From positions 2,208,001 through 2,272,000 of the forward strand of contig OZ241744.1 in assembly GCA_965200965.1 (NCBI GenBank): a stretch of 64,000 bases of DNA. Direction: 5' to 3'. Origin of the DNA: an uncultured Candidatus Binatia bacterium. Lineage in GTDB: Bacteria; Desulfobacterota; Binatia; Bin18. The translations under genes were made by a program, and so were the position numbers. This document shows, one piece after another, positions 29,827 through 39,315 of the stretch (position 1 is its first letter; every line of letters begins with the position of its first letter). Under the pieces are notes generated by a model. It was given only the letters and a program-made list of their open reading frames with translations, was not told where the DNA came from and ran no database searches.

Positions 29827-32800
29827 GTGAACATGTCCTCAGATCGACGTGACGGCGACACACTCGAAGCCCTGCTCGAACAGCATGGGGAGCTCATGGC
29901 CGATCAGATGCCCAAGGCTGCGGCCTGGGCCGGCTCTGAGGAGGACGTGCGTCATGCCTGCAACAAGCTGATTGACGAGTTCATCCGCAAAGCCGACCTC
30001 AACGTCAGAGGCCGGCACGAATACAGCTTGGCCGGCGGGCGGATTGACTCGAAATATGGCGGCGTGGTCATCGAATACAAGGCCGCGGGTACAATCACCG
30101 GGCACGGCGCGGGCCTCAAGGCTGTCATCAGGCAACTCAAGGGGCGGTTTCAGGACTTTGCAGCCACAGAACACGTTGGCCGGGAGCGTATTCTCGGCGT
30201 GGGCTGCGATGGCAACACGCTCGTGTTCGTGCGGATGCGCGGGGGCCGGCTTGACGCCGAAGACCCGACGCCGGTCACGCCGCATAGCGTCAGGCGGCTG
30301 CTGCGGGCCGTTGTTTCGCTCGGCGCGCGCGGGCTGTCGTTCACACCTGAGAATCTGACCGCCAACTTCGGCTCAGGGGCCGAGAGCGCACAACAGGGCA
30401 TCCGGCTCATTCATAGCCTGATTCGCACGACCGACAGCCCCAAGGCCCAGACCTTCTTCCGCCAGTGGCAGATTCTCTTCGGCGAGGTATGCGGCTATGA
30501 CATTCACGCACGAAACGCCAAGGTCGAGATGCTGGCCGTCCATTATCAGGTCCCCGACCCGCACCCGGCAGAACTCCTGTTCGCCGTTCACACCTGGTAC
30601 GCCCTCTTCATGAAAATGCTGGCCGCGGAGATCGTCGCCTCTTTCTCGCCGCTGGGAACCTCACCCCTGAAAAAGCTCGTGATCGCGCCAACCGCGGCTG
30701 GACTCCGGGAGGAGTTGCGCCGTCTCGAAAAGGGCGGCATCTGGTCACAGCTCGGCATCCGCAACTTTCTCGAAGGCGATCTCTTCTCCTGGTATCTCGA
30801 CGCCTGGAATGAGGACTGCGCCGCCGCTGTCCGTGCCATGACCGCGGCCTTTGACCAGTTTGACCCGACCACCCTGAGCGTTGACCCCGCGGAATCCCGC
30901 GACCTGCTCAAGCAGCTCTATCAGCATCTGTTCCCCAAGTCGGTCCGCCACGACCTCGGCGAATACTACACGCCTGACTGGCTGGCCGAACTCGTACTTG
31001 ACGAACTCGGCTACGACGGCAACCCGGACAAGCGTCTGCTTGACCCGGCCTGTGGCTCGGGCACCTTCCTGGTCATGGCGCTCAACCGGGTCAAAGCCTG
31101 GTACGACGAACACCGCCACGAATGCGGCTTTGGCGAAGACGAGAACTCCTGCGCAACATCCTGCGCAACATCATCGGCTTTGACCTGAACCCGCTGGCCG
31201 TTATGGCCGCCCGGACCAACTACCTGCTGGCCGTCCGCGAACTGCTGCGCCACGCCGACACCATCGAACTGCCGGTCTACCTGTGCGACTCCGTCATGAC
31301 GCCCTCGGAGTACGGCGAGTTGTTCGCCACCGGCAGCTTGGGCAAGGTGCGGCAACTCAAGACCAGCGCCGGTGATTTCAACATCCCCACCGAAGTCACC
31401 GACAACCGTGAACACATCGGCCGCTACGCCGATACCCTGGAGTTCTGCATCACAAACGACTATTCGCCCGAAGAGTTCATCAAACGGTGTGAGTTCAAAG
31501 CCATCCCCGCCACACAGATCACACTTCACAAGGACCTCTACCGCCATCTCCAGCAGCTCAACGCCGACAACAAAAACGGCGTGTGGGCGCGCATCATCAA
31601 GAACGCCTTTGCGCCGCTCTTCATCGGCAGCGTGGATTACATCGCCGGCAACCCGCCGTGGGTGAATTGGGAGCATCTGCCCGAAGGCTACCGCGACGAC
31701 ATGAAACCCCTGTGGGCAGCATACAACTTGTTCACCCTGTCGGGTTCCGAAGCTCGCTTGGGCGGCGGCAAAAAGGACCTCTCCATGCTGTTCACCTATG
31801 CCTCGGTGGACAACTACCTGAAAGAAGGCGGGCGGCTTGGTTTCGTCATTACCCAGAGTGTCTTCAAGACTCAGGGGGCCGGCGACGGTTTCAGGCAACT
31901 CTGCTACACACGAGCCGATACCGAATGGCACATCAAGCCCTTGATGGTCCACGACCTGAGCGCCATGCAGGTTTTTGAGGGCGCAACCAACCGCACCGCG
32001 GTCTTTGTGTGCAACAAAACGCGCCAGCCCTTTCACTACCCGGTGCAATACACCATCTGGACCGGAGCGTCGCGCATTGCCCAAGACGCGGCTCTTCCAG
32101 ATATCCTCACTGTGACACGCCAGAAGAAAATCAAGGCCATGCCGGTTGTCGCCTCCAAAGACTCATCCCCGTGGCTCACCGCTCCACAGCGGGCGCTCTC
32201 CGGCATTCAGAAAGTGCTCGGGCCGAGCGCCTACCGGGCCTATGCCGGCTGCTGCGGGTGGCTGAACGGCGTGTACTGGATTCGGGTGCTGGACAAGCGA
32301 CCCAATGGCGAGTTGCTGATCGAGAACCTGCACGATGTCGGCAAACTCAAGGTCAGGCATGTCCAGGCCGTCATTGAGCCGGCCTTGGTCTACCCCCTGC
32401 TGCGTGGGAGAGATGTTCGCCGCTGGCAGGCCGAACCCTCAGCCCACACTATTCTGGCTCAGGACCCGGAAACCCGCAAAGGCATCCCGGAGTCCGACAT
32501 GAAACGCCGCCAGCCCAAAACCTATGCCTACCTCAAGCAGTTTGAGGGCGAGCCTGAAAAACCGAAGCCTGGAACACTGCGCGGACGCTCCGGCTACCGG
32601 CGGTATTTCAAGCCCTCCGATCCCTTCTATTCCATGACCAATGTCGGGCCGTACACAATGGCGGAGTGGAAAGTTGTGTGGAGAGAACAGAGTTCCATAT
32701 TCCAAGCGGCCTTGGCTGGGTTGAGCGCGCAACGAGTCATGCTGCCCGACCATAAGCTGATGATGGTTGCCTGTAAAAGCCGGCATGAAGCGGATTTTCT

Positions 32801-33092
32801 TCTTGGAATGCTCAACTCTAGCCCGAGCCTCTTGGCAATTCACGCCTATGTCGTTTCAACCTCGACCTCAACGCATGTCCTCAGCAATGTGGCCGTCCCG
32901 CAGTTCAAAGACACCGACAGCGCTCACACCCGGCTGGCCGAACTCTCGGCGCGCTGTCACACCGCGGCCCAACGTGAGGCCGAACAGGAATTGACAGAAC
33001 TGGAGGCGGAGATTGACCAAGGAGCAGCCAACATCTGGGGCATCACCGACGCCGAACTGCAAGCGATTCAGGAGGCCCTGACCGAGCGCTGA
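29827..33092 (+). CDS. Type IIG-like fused restriction endonuclease/N6-adenine methyltransferase (frameshift near 31140)
   Basis: RIDSKYGGVVIEYK nuclease, GEYYTP, DPACGSGTFL; second frame continues with GFDLNPLA and NPPW. Confidence 0.82.
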
Positions 33093-33142
33093 GGCCGGCA
33101 CAGAACACCTGCACTAAGCGCCACCGTGAGGACGGCTTCGGC

Positions 33143-33171
33143 TTGACAGACCCCGGCAGTTCTCATATACC
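33143..33171 (+). promoter_or_regulatory. Sigma70-like promoter of the three-gene module
   Basis: TTGACA-17 nt-TATACC, then RBS GGAGGAG. Confidence 0.65.
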
Positions 33172-33197
33172 GCGGCACGCACCGGGAGGAGCGCAAT

Positions 33198-33503
33198 ATG
33201 GGAGAGGCACAACAGGAACAAGAGACGCTCAATGACCTAGAAGCAGTTCTCACTTCTCAGGATATCCCGCAGCTGTATGTAAACGGGTTTACGACCGTGA
33301 TCAGCAATACCGATATCTGTACGGTGCTGGAACGGAATGGCTCTCCGGTTGCCGTGCTGAATATCTCCTACACAACGGCAAAATCCCTGGCTCAGAAACT
33401 CTCCCAGCTCATCGCCGACTTTGAGACCGTTGCGCAGCACCCTCTGATGACGATAGAGGATGTGAACAGCACCCTGGCACAGCTCAAGAAAGGGAAGCCA
33501 TGA
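33198..33503 (+). CDS. DUF3467-like small protein
   Basis: PQLYVNGF...DI..V...LNISYTTAKSLAQKL pattern. Confidence 0.55.
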   Translation: MGEAQQEQETLNDLEAVLTSQDIPQLYVNGFTTVISNTDICTVLERNGSPVAVLNISYTTAKSLAQKLSQLIADFETVAQHPLMTIEDVNSTLAQLKKGKP

Positions 33504-34105
33504 AGTATAGAGAAGCCATGAAGTATGTGGAGGGACATTCTCAACCCTTCTCCTCTGTGTCTTATCCGTCCACTGACCGACTGCTGGCAAAGCTCCAGGA
33601 GTTAGCCGACCTGCCGGACGGATGGCGATTTGGGGAAGGGATTCCACCCCGGCCACAAGCGATTGACAAGGCCCGTGCCATCTATCGTCGGCTTGCTCTC
33701 CTGTGGCTCAAGGCTGACGTATTCCCAAGCGCAGACGGATCGGTGTGCCTGGTTTTTTATGCCGGCGAGCGGTGTGTTGAGATACAGGTGTCTCAGACCG
33801 GAACACTTGATGTCTGTGTTGAACAAGGGAAGGGGGCTGACTTCCAGGAAATCAAGGACATCCCGGACGCCTCAATGGCCGAGGCGGTAGAAGAAGTGAT
33901 GCAGCTTGCGCAGAGATTGGGCATATGGCACTTATCCGACTCCTTCATCCGAGAGAATACGACAAAACTTTTCAACGTTTCCGCAGTTCATGCTTCAGGA
34001 ATTCGAGCAACGGGACAGGTATATCGCTCGTTGATGTGGAATGCGTTGAAGAACACTCCAGGCCCATCTGTGGGCACCTCGAACACTATTACCACCCCGT
34101 CATAG
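33500..34105 (+). CDS. Hypothetical protein, putative antitoxin with a C-terminal tail
   Basis: ATGA overlap with the upstream gene; LPDGW.FGEG.PP and FPSADGSV core; S/T-rich tail. Confidence 0.55.
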   Translation: MKYREAMKYVEGHSQPFSSVSYPSTDRLLAKLQELADLPDGWRFGEGIPPRPQAIDKARAIYRRLALLWLKADVFPSADGSVCLVFYAGERCVEIQVSQTGTLDVCVEQGKGADFQEIKDIPDASMAEAVEEVMQLAQRLGIWHLSDSFIRENTTKLFNVSAVHASGIRATGQVYRSLMWNALKNTPGPSVGTSNTITTPS

Positions 34106-34338
34106 GCCAGCCTGTCACCTATTGGCAGCTTCCAGCCGATGTACCGCCTGGCACGCAGATCGCAGCAACTGCAAGCAGTACCGGCGACCCCTGTCATCGC
34201 CAACTCTCCGGCCTGTCCAACAATCAGAGTGCCAGGTTCTTTAAGCGTTCGTGCCGCCCCAAGGACATACGGGTCTGTCAAGACGGCATCCCTGTTCCCT
34301 GTAGTCAAGCATTCCTGGAAGCGGTCTTTTCGGGGTAA
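33925..34338 (+). CDS. Hypothetical protein, possible ADP-ribosyltransferase/RES-like toxin
   Basis: N-terminal LIR strand, F..S....GISL and late DPCH resemble ART-fold toxins. Confidence 0.4.
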   Translation: MALIRLLHPREYDKTFQRFRSSCFRNSSNGTGISLVDVECVEEHSRPICGHLEHYYHPVIGQPVTYWQLPADVPPGTQIAATASSTGDPCHRQLSGLSNNQSARFFKRSCRPKDIRVCQDGIPVPCSQAFLEAVFSG

Positions 34339-34458
34339 ATCACAAGACGCGCCGACCGCTCCGCACGAGGCAGTAGCCAACATCTGGGGCATCAGGTAGT
34401 ACGAGGGCTTGGCGACTGGCCCCGGGCCGGGTATATTCCGGGGAGGGAGGAAACGCGC

Positions 34459-34878
34459 ATGGCAAAACTTGAGATGTACCACAACCCCGGCTGAGGCCAG
34501 TCCCGTAAAGCGCTCGAAATTTTGCAGCAGCGCGGCGTCGAGGTCGACGTTACCGAATATCTGAAAAATCCTTTGAGTCAGGCCGATTTTGAGCGGTTTC
34601 TGAGGCTCCTGCCCAACCCGGCCGCGGATCTGGTGCGCAAGGACAAACGCTTTAAGGAACTGGGGCTCAACGAGGCCGACTACACGACCCCCGAGGCGGT
34701 CGTCACGGTCTTGCTTGCACACCCGGAACTGATGCAATGTCCGATCATCATTCGCGGCAGGCGGGCGGTCCTGGCGCGGCCCGGGGAGATGGTTACAGCA
34801 TCCTTCCCCCTGTGGGACACCCCCCTACCCGACCGCGTACTCCGTATGCGGTCGGACATGGGCGGGATGAAAGCCTAA
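34459..34878 (+). pseudogene. ArsC-family copy 1 (TGA at codon 12, R-to-C change, foreign C-terminus)
   Basis: MAKLEMYHNPG*GQSRKAL; MQCPII; 3' end runs into antisense xisI. Confidence 0.7.
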
Positions 34879-35160
34879 AACGATATGGTCTTTGGGCACA
34901 CCAGCCTGAACCAGATCTTTCGCAATCCCGTGCTCCGTTCCATCTCGCTGAATCCACAGCTTGCCGTCAATAATATCGATGTGGACCAGACCGCCATGCA
35001 CCCGTCGCCCATTATCCCAGCCAACATTCACGAGCAAATAACGGTCATGGCCCCGGTCAAACACCGCCTCCGTCCGAATGTCCTCATACGCATACGGCAG
35101 GCGCGCATACTCGGTGAAGATCGTCTCAACGATCTGACGATATTCGTCTAAGGAAGCCAT
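34825..35160 (-). CDS. xisI: XisI family protein
   Basis: DRYLLVNVGW, HIDIIDGKLWIQRDGTE, IVLGF. Confidence 0.9.
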   Translation of the reverse strand: MASLDEYRQIVETIFTEYARLPYAYEDIRTEAVFDRGHDRYLLVNVGWDNGRRVHGGLVHIDIIDGKLWIQRDGTEHGIAKDLVQAGVPKDHIVLGFHPAHVRPHTEYAVG

Positions 35161-35564
35161 TGCGTAATTACCTCCTGCTGTGGATCAAAACCGATCACCC
35201 TGGTGAGCTGATTCTGGAGCAAGAGATGTCCGAGCGGCTCCTCGAAAATATCCCGGAGTGCGTGCTGAGGCACGGCAAGATAGAGGATACGCTCAGGGTC
35301 TCTCTCGGCCAGGACGGTCCGGTAGAGTATGTATTGTCCCAGAGCCTTTTCAAGATCATCAATCTCTGAATCTCCGACAAAACTCTTGACTTCCACAGCT
35401 ATACGCTGCCCCGCTTTTTCTGCTGCAAGCAATCGCTCAGCACCCAGGTCAACATACAAATCTTTTTTACCCCATGAGAGGCGAAGCGGGTCATGGGTAA
35501 TTCTCCAGCCGTCTTTTATGAGGGCGTTTCTGACCCCGTTGTGATACAGGTCCTTGGCCGGCAC
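35148..35564 (-). CDS. xisH: XisH family protein
   Basis: PAKDLYH..VRNALIKDGWRITHDPL, DLGAE, AVEVKSF, ALGQY. Confidence 0.9.
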   Translation of the reverse strand: MPAKDLYHNGVRNALIKDGWRITHDPLRLSWGKKDLYVDLGAERLLAAEKAGQRIAVEVKSFVGDSEIDDLEKALGQYILYRTVLAERDPERILYLAVPQHALRDIFEEPLGHLLLQNQLTRVIGFDPQQEVITQWLP

Positions 35565-35666
35565 GGTACAGAATTGTACACGGATTCCGCCACAAAGACC
35601 ACCGGTCCAGCCGTACTTGGCGACTGGCCCCGGGCCGGGTATATTCCGGGGAGGGAGGAAACGCGC

Positions 35667-36020
35667 ATGGCAAAACTTGAGATGTACCACAACCCCGGCT
35701 GAGGCCAGTCCCGTAAAGCGCTCGAAATTTTGCAGCAGCGCGGCGTCGAGGTCGACGTTACCGAATATCTGAAAAATCCTTTGAGTCAGGCCGATTTTGA
35801 GCGGTTTCTGAGGCTCCTGCCCAACCCGGCCGCGGATCTGGTGCGCAAGGACAAACGCTTTAAGGAACTGGGGCTCAACGAGGCCGACTACACGACCCCC
35901 GAGGCGGTCGTCACGGTCTTGCTTGCACACCCGGAGTTGATGCAACGTCCGATCATCATTCGCGGCAGGCGGGCGGTCCTGGCGCGGCCCGGGGAGATGG
36001 TCAGGGAACTCCTGGACTGA
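35667..36020 (+). CDS. arsC: ArsC/Spx-family reductase, probable selenoprotein (Sec12)
   Basis: RBS GGAGG; YHNPG-TGA-GQSR aligns with YHNPxC; LMQRPII and ARP intact. Confidence 0.78.
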
Positions 36021-36036
36021 GAAGGCGCTATCCTGG

Positions 36037-37347
36037 TCAATTTTCGCATTTCTCCCCCGCCAGGGTGTGGGCGGTGGCTGAGGCGACTGTGATCCGCACG
36101 AGTTCGCCCGGCTGGGCACCGTTGGCCGGAAAGACCACGGTTTTGAACTGCGGGTTCTTGCCGGCCAGCCAGCCAGCCTGGCGTTTGGCCGGCCCTTCAA
36201 CCAGGACCTCGACCGTCCGGCCAAGCTGACGCTGGTTCAGTCCGGCAGCAATCCGCTCCTGGAGGCCGATGACGGTTTGCAGCCGCCGGCCTTTTTCTGC
36301 TTCTGACAAGGTTTCGCCCCACTTCCAGGCTTTGGTCCCCTCGCGGGCCGAGTACTTGAACAGAAAGGCCGCGTCGTACTTGACGGACTCCATAAACGCG
36401 CAAGTGGCCCGGAAGTCGTTCTCGTCTTCGCCCGGAAAGCCGACAATGATGTCGGTTGACAGGGCCAGGTCAGGGATGGCCGCCCGCAAACGCTCAACCA
36501 GGGCGGTATAGACTTCAATGGTATAGCCGCGCTCCATCCGGGCCAGCACCCGATTGGAGGCCGATTGGAGCGGCAGGTGCAGGTAGGGGGCGACTTTGGG
36601 GCAGTCGGCCAGAGCCTCAATGGTCGCATCGTCCATGTCCGAGGGATGGGGCGAGGTAAAACGAATCCGCTCAATGCCGTCAATGTCGGCGGTCCGGCGC
36701 AGCAGGCTTCCAAAGTCACACCCGTCGTGGCGATAGGCGTTGACCGTCTGGCCGAGGTACACCACTTCCCTATAGCCCTGCCCGGCCAACTCCCGGACCT
36801 GGCTGAGCAGGGCCTTGGCCGGCACGCTGCGCTCCCGGCCCCTGACGTAGGGCACTATGCAGAAGGTGCAGAACTTGTCACAGCCGCGCATGACCGTCAC
36901 CCAGGCCCGGACGCCCTCAGCCCGGACCGGAGTTACATCGGCATAGGTCTCATCCCGGTCGAGCCGCACTGCAAGCAGGGGATCGTCGGGGTCGTCCTGG
37001 CTCAACAGGCTGGGCAGCTTCCGATACGCATCGGGGCCGAGCACGAGGTCAAGAAAGGGTGCTTTGTCCAGCAGACCTTGGCGGCGGTGCTGGGCCATGC
37101 AGCCGGTCAGGCCCAGGCGGACGCCAGGGCGGCGGGTTTTGTGACGCGCCAGGTCGGCCAGGCGTCCGAGCACACGTTCCTCGGCGTGTTCCCGAATCGC
37201 GCAGGTGTTGAGCAGAATCACATCGGCCTGCTCGGCCTGTCGGGTCGGCTCATAGCCGTGGGGTTTCAGCAGCCCGACGAGCAGTTCACTATCGGCGATA
37301 TTCATCTGGCAGCCATAGGTTTCAATATAGACCTTGCGTGTGTGCAT
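36037..37347 (-). CDS. miaB: tRNA methylthiotransferase MiaB
   Basis: TYGCQMN, NTCAIRE, GCDKFCTFC, TRAM domain. Confidence 0.95.
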   Translation of the reverse strand: MHTRKVYIETYGCQMNIADSELLVGLLKPHGYEPTRQAEQADVILLNTCAIREHAEERVLGRLADLARHKTRRPGVRLGLTGCMAQHRRQGLLDKAPFLDLVLGPDAYRKLPSLLSQDDPDDPLLAVRLDRDETYADVTPVRAEGVRAWVTVMRGCDKFCTFCIVPYVRGRERSVPAKALLSQVRELAGQGYREVVYLGQTVNAYRHDGCDFGSLLRRTADIDGIERIRFTSPHPSDMDDATIEALADCPKVAPYLHLPLQSASNRVLARMERGYTIEVYTALVERLRAAIPDLALSTDIIVGFPGEDENDFRATCAFMESVKYDAAFLFKYSAREGTKAWKWGETLSEAEKGRRLQTVIGLQERIAAGLNQRQLGRTVEVLVEGPAKRQAGWLAGKNPQFKTVVFPANGAQPGELVRITVASATAHTLAGEKCEN

Positions 37348-37445
37348 CAGGATTTTTGTAGCGAGTCTGCACGGCCAGGGCAAGGACTGTCTTGCTCCCC
37401 GGCGGGCGGAATGCTAGCCTGCGGCTGACCCGGAGGAGAGGGGCC

Positions 37446-38378
37446 GTGTCTGAGCCACAACGGATTGTTTCCCTGCTGCCCAGCAGTACCGAGATGGTGT
37501 GCGCCCTCGGGCTGGGTGAGCGTTTGGTCGGGGTGTCGCACGAGTGCGATTACCCGGCCGAGGTGGCCGGTCTGCCGGTGCTGACCGAGCCGAAACTTGA
37601 CCCGAGCGGGACAAGCGCCGCTATTGACGCCCGGGTGCGGGAACTCGTCCGGGACGGTCTGAGCGTCTATCGCCTGAAAACCGAACTCCTGCATGAACTC
37701 AAACCCGAGCTGATCGTCACCCAAGACCAGTGTGCGGTGTGCGCCGTGTCGGTGGCCGAGGTGGAGCGGGCGGTCCAGGCTTTTCCCGGCCCGGCTGTCA
37801 GGGTGGTGTCGCTCAGCCCGCAACGCCTGGGCGATATCTGGCATGATATGCAGCGTTTGGGGCAGGCGACCGGTCAGGACGACCGGGCCGCGGAGCTGTG
37901 CCGCACCCTCAAGAAGCGGGTCTGGAAAGTTGAGCAGCAGACCCGGCATCTCGAACGCCCACGGGTGGCCTGCCTGGAATGGCTTGAGCCGCTGATGGCC
38001 GCCGGCAACTGGCTGCCTGAGTTGATTGAGGTTGCCGGCGGGACATACCGCTTGGCCGCGGCCGGGGCTCACAGCCCGACGCTGAGCTGGGACAGCCTGC
38101 TTGCGTGGCAGCCGGAGGTGATCGTCATCATGCCGTGCGGCTTTCCCATTGCCCAGTCGCAGGCCGGGCTGCCAGGGCTGATCTCCCATCCCGGCTGGCA
38201 GCGACTACCGGCGGTGCAGGCCGGGCGGGTGTATATTGCCGACGGCAGCGCCTATTTCAACCGGCCCGGCCCGCGCATTGTCGAAAGCGTTGAGTTGCTG
38301 GCCGAGCTGCTGCATCCCCAGGAATGCGCCGGCCTGGCCCCCGAGGGATCGTATATCCCGGCGCTGCAGGGGCATTAG
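37446..38378 (+). CDS. BtuF-like cobalamin/iron substrate-binding protein
   Basis: RIVSLLPSSTE, VGVSHECDYP, FNRPGPRI. Confidence 0.85.
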   Translation: MSEPQRIVSLLPSSTEMVCALGLGERLVGVSHECDYPAEVAGLPVLTEPKLDPSGTSAAIDARVRELVRDGLSVYRLKTELLHELKPELIVTQDQCAVCAVSVAEVERAVQAFPGPAVRVVSLSPQRLGDIWHDMQRLGQATGQDDRAAELCRTLKKRVWKVEQQTRHLERPRVACLEWLEPLMAAGNWLPELIEVAGGTYRLAAAGAHSPTLSWDSLLAWQPEVIVIMPCGFPIAQSQAGLPGLISHPGWQRLPAVQAGRVYIADGSAYFNRPGPRIVESVELLAELLHPQECAGLAPEGSYIPALQGH

Positions 38379-38728
38379 TCCTCCTCGTCTTCAGCCGGAT
38401 TAATCAGTCGCACCGTTCCGTCCCGGAACTCCTGGCCACGCTCTTTTACCAGGTCGGGATAGGCATGGTAGAACTGCCCGCCAAGCCGCAGGAAAGACTC
38501 GACTTCGGTGTCTTCCAACTCCAGGGCTTGAATGGCTTGGGCGGCTTCGTCCTGGGTCGTGCTGCTCACAAGGGCGTCGTAGAGTTGCCGACAATCGGCA
38601 ATCTGAAAATCGTCCCGCCTGGGCAGCGCCTCGCGATCCTGGAGGCTGTGGGGATGGTATTCCAGCAAATAGCGCAGGGCTTTGAGTTCATGCCGCTGCT
38701 GGTCGAGTTTTTTAATCATATGCGCCAC
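38375..38728 (-). CDS. Hypothetical protein
   Basis: ORF with RBS GGAGGAAG; fills the gap between genes. Confidence 0.6.
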   Translation of the reverse strand: MAHMIKKLDQQRHELKALRYLLEYHPHSLQDREALPRRDDFQIADCRQLYDALVSSTTQDEAAQAIQALELEDTEVESFLRLGGQFYHAYPDLVKERGQEFRDGTVRLINPAEDEED

Positions 38729-38806
38729 CGGTCTTCCTCCACAGGGTTGCGAGCGTGTTGGCTGAGGCTGTAGGATGGGAGCATTGTTCACCAACAGGAT
38801 ACTGCT

Positions 38807-39313
38807 ATGGCGGTTCACGAGCATAAAAACAAGGCCCACCGCACAGCCCGCTGCGCGATTATCACCCTCAGCGATACCCGCAACGAAACCACCGACACCA
38901 GCGGTCAGCGCATCAAAGCCCTGCTGGCCGAGCGAGAGCAGCCGGTGGTCTCCTACCAGATTCTGAAAGATGAGCCGGCCCAGCTCACGGCCGCGGTCGG
39001 GGCGCTGCTGGCCCGGCCCGACATAGACCTCATTCTGACCAACGGCGGGACCGGTATTGCGCCACGCGATACCACCTTTGAGGCGATTCAGGAACTGCTG
39101 GAAAAGGAAATCCCCGGGTTTGGCGAACTGTTTCGGATGCTGAGCTATGAGGACATTGGCTCAGCCGCCATGCTGACCCGGGCCACTGCTGGCGTTGCCC
39201 GGGGAAAAGTCATTATTTCGCTGCCCGGCTCGACCGGCGCGGTGGAGTTGGCGATGACCAGGCTGGTCTTGCCCGAGCTGGGGCATATGCTGTTTGTCCT
39301 GCGGGGAGAGTAG
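38807..39313 (+). CDS. moaB: Molybdenum cofactor biosynthesis protein B
   Basis: TLSD, DTSG, GGTGIAPRDTT, PGFGE, LPGS. Confidence 0.9.
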   Translation: MAVHEHKNKAHRTARCAIITLSDTRNETTDTSGQRIKALLAEREQPVVSYQILKDEPAQLTAAVGALLARPDIDLILTNGGTGIAPRDTTFEAIQELLEKEIPGFGELFRMLSYEDIGSAAMLTRATAGVARGKVIISLPGSTGAVELAMTRLVLPELGHMLFVLRGE

Positions 39314-39315
39314 CC

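Larger units (their letters stand above)
33026..34394. repeat. 20-bp direct repeat AGCCAACATCTGGGGCATCA (33026-33045 and 34375-34394)
   Basis: Exact match seen; brackets the three-gene module. Confidence 0.85.
34408..36001. repeat. About 386-bp direct repeat (34408-34793 and 35616-36001) covering the arsC-like promoter and most of its CDS
   Basis: Near-identical sequence, offset 1208. Confidence 0.95.

Noticed and set aside
35148-36224. 358-aa extended XisH
   Set aside because: The upstream part is antisense to arsC and overlaps miaB; the XisH family start is at 35564
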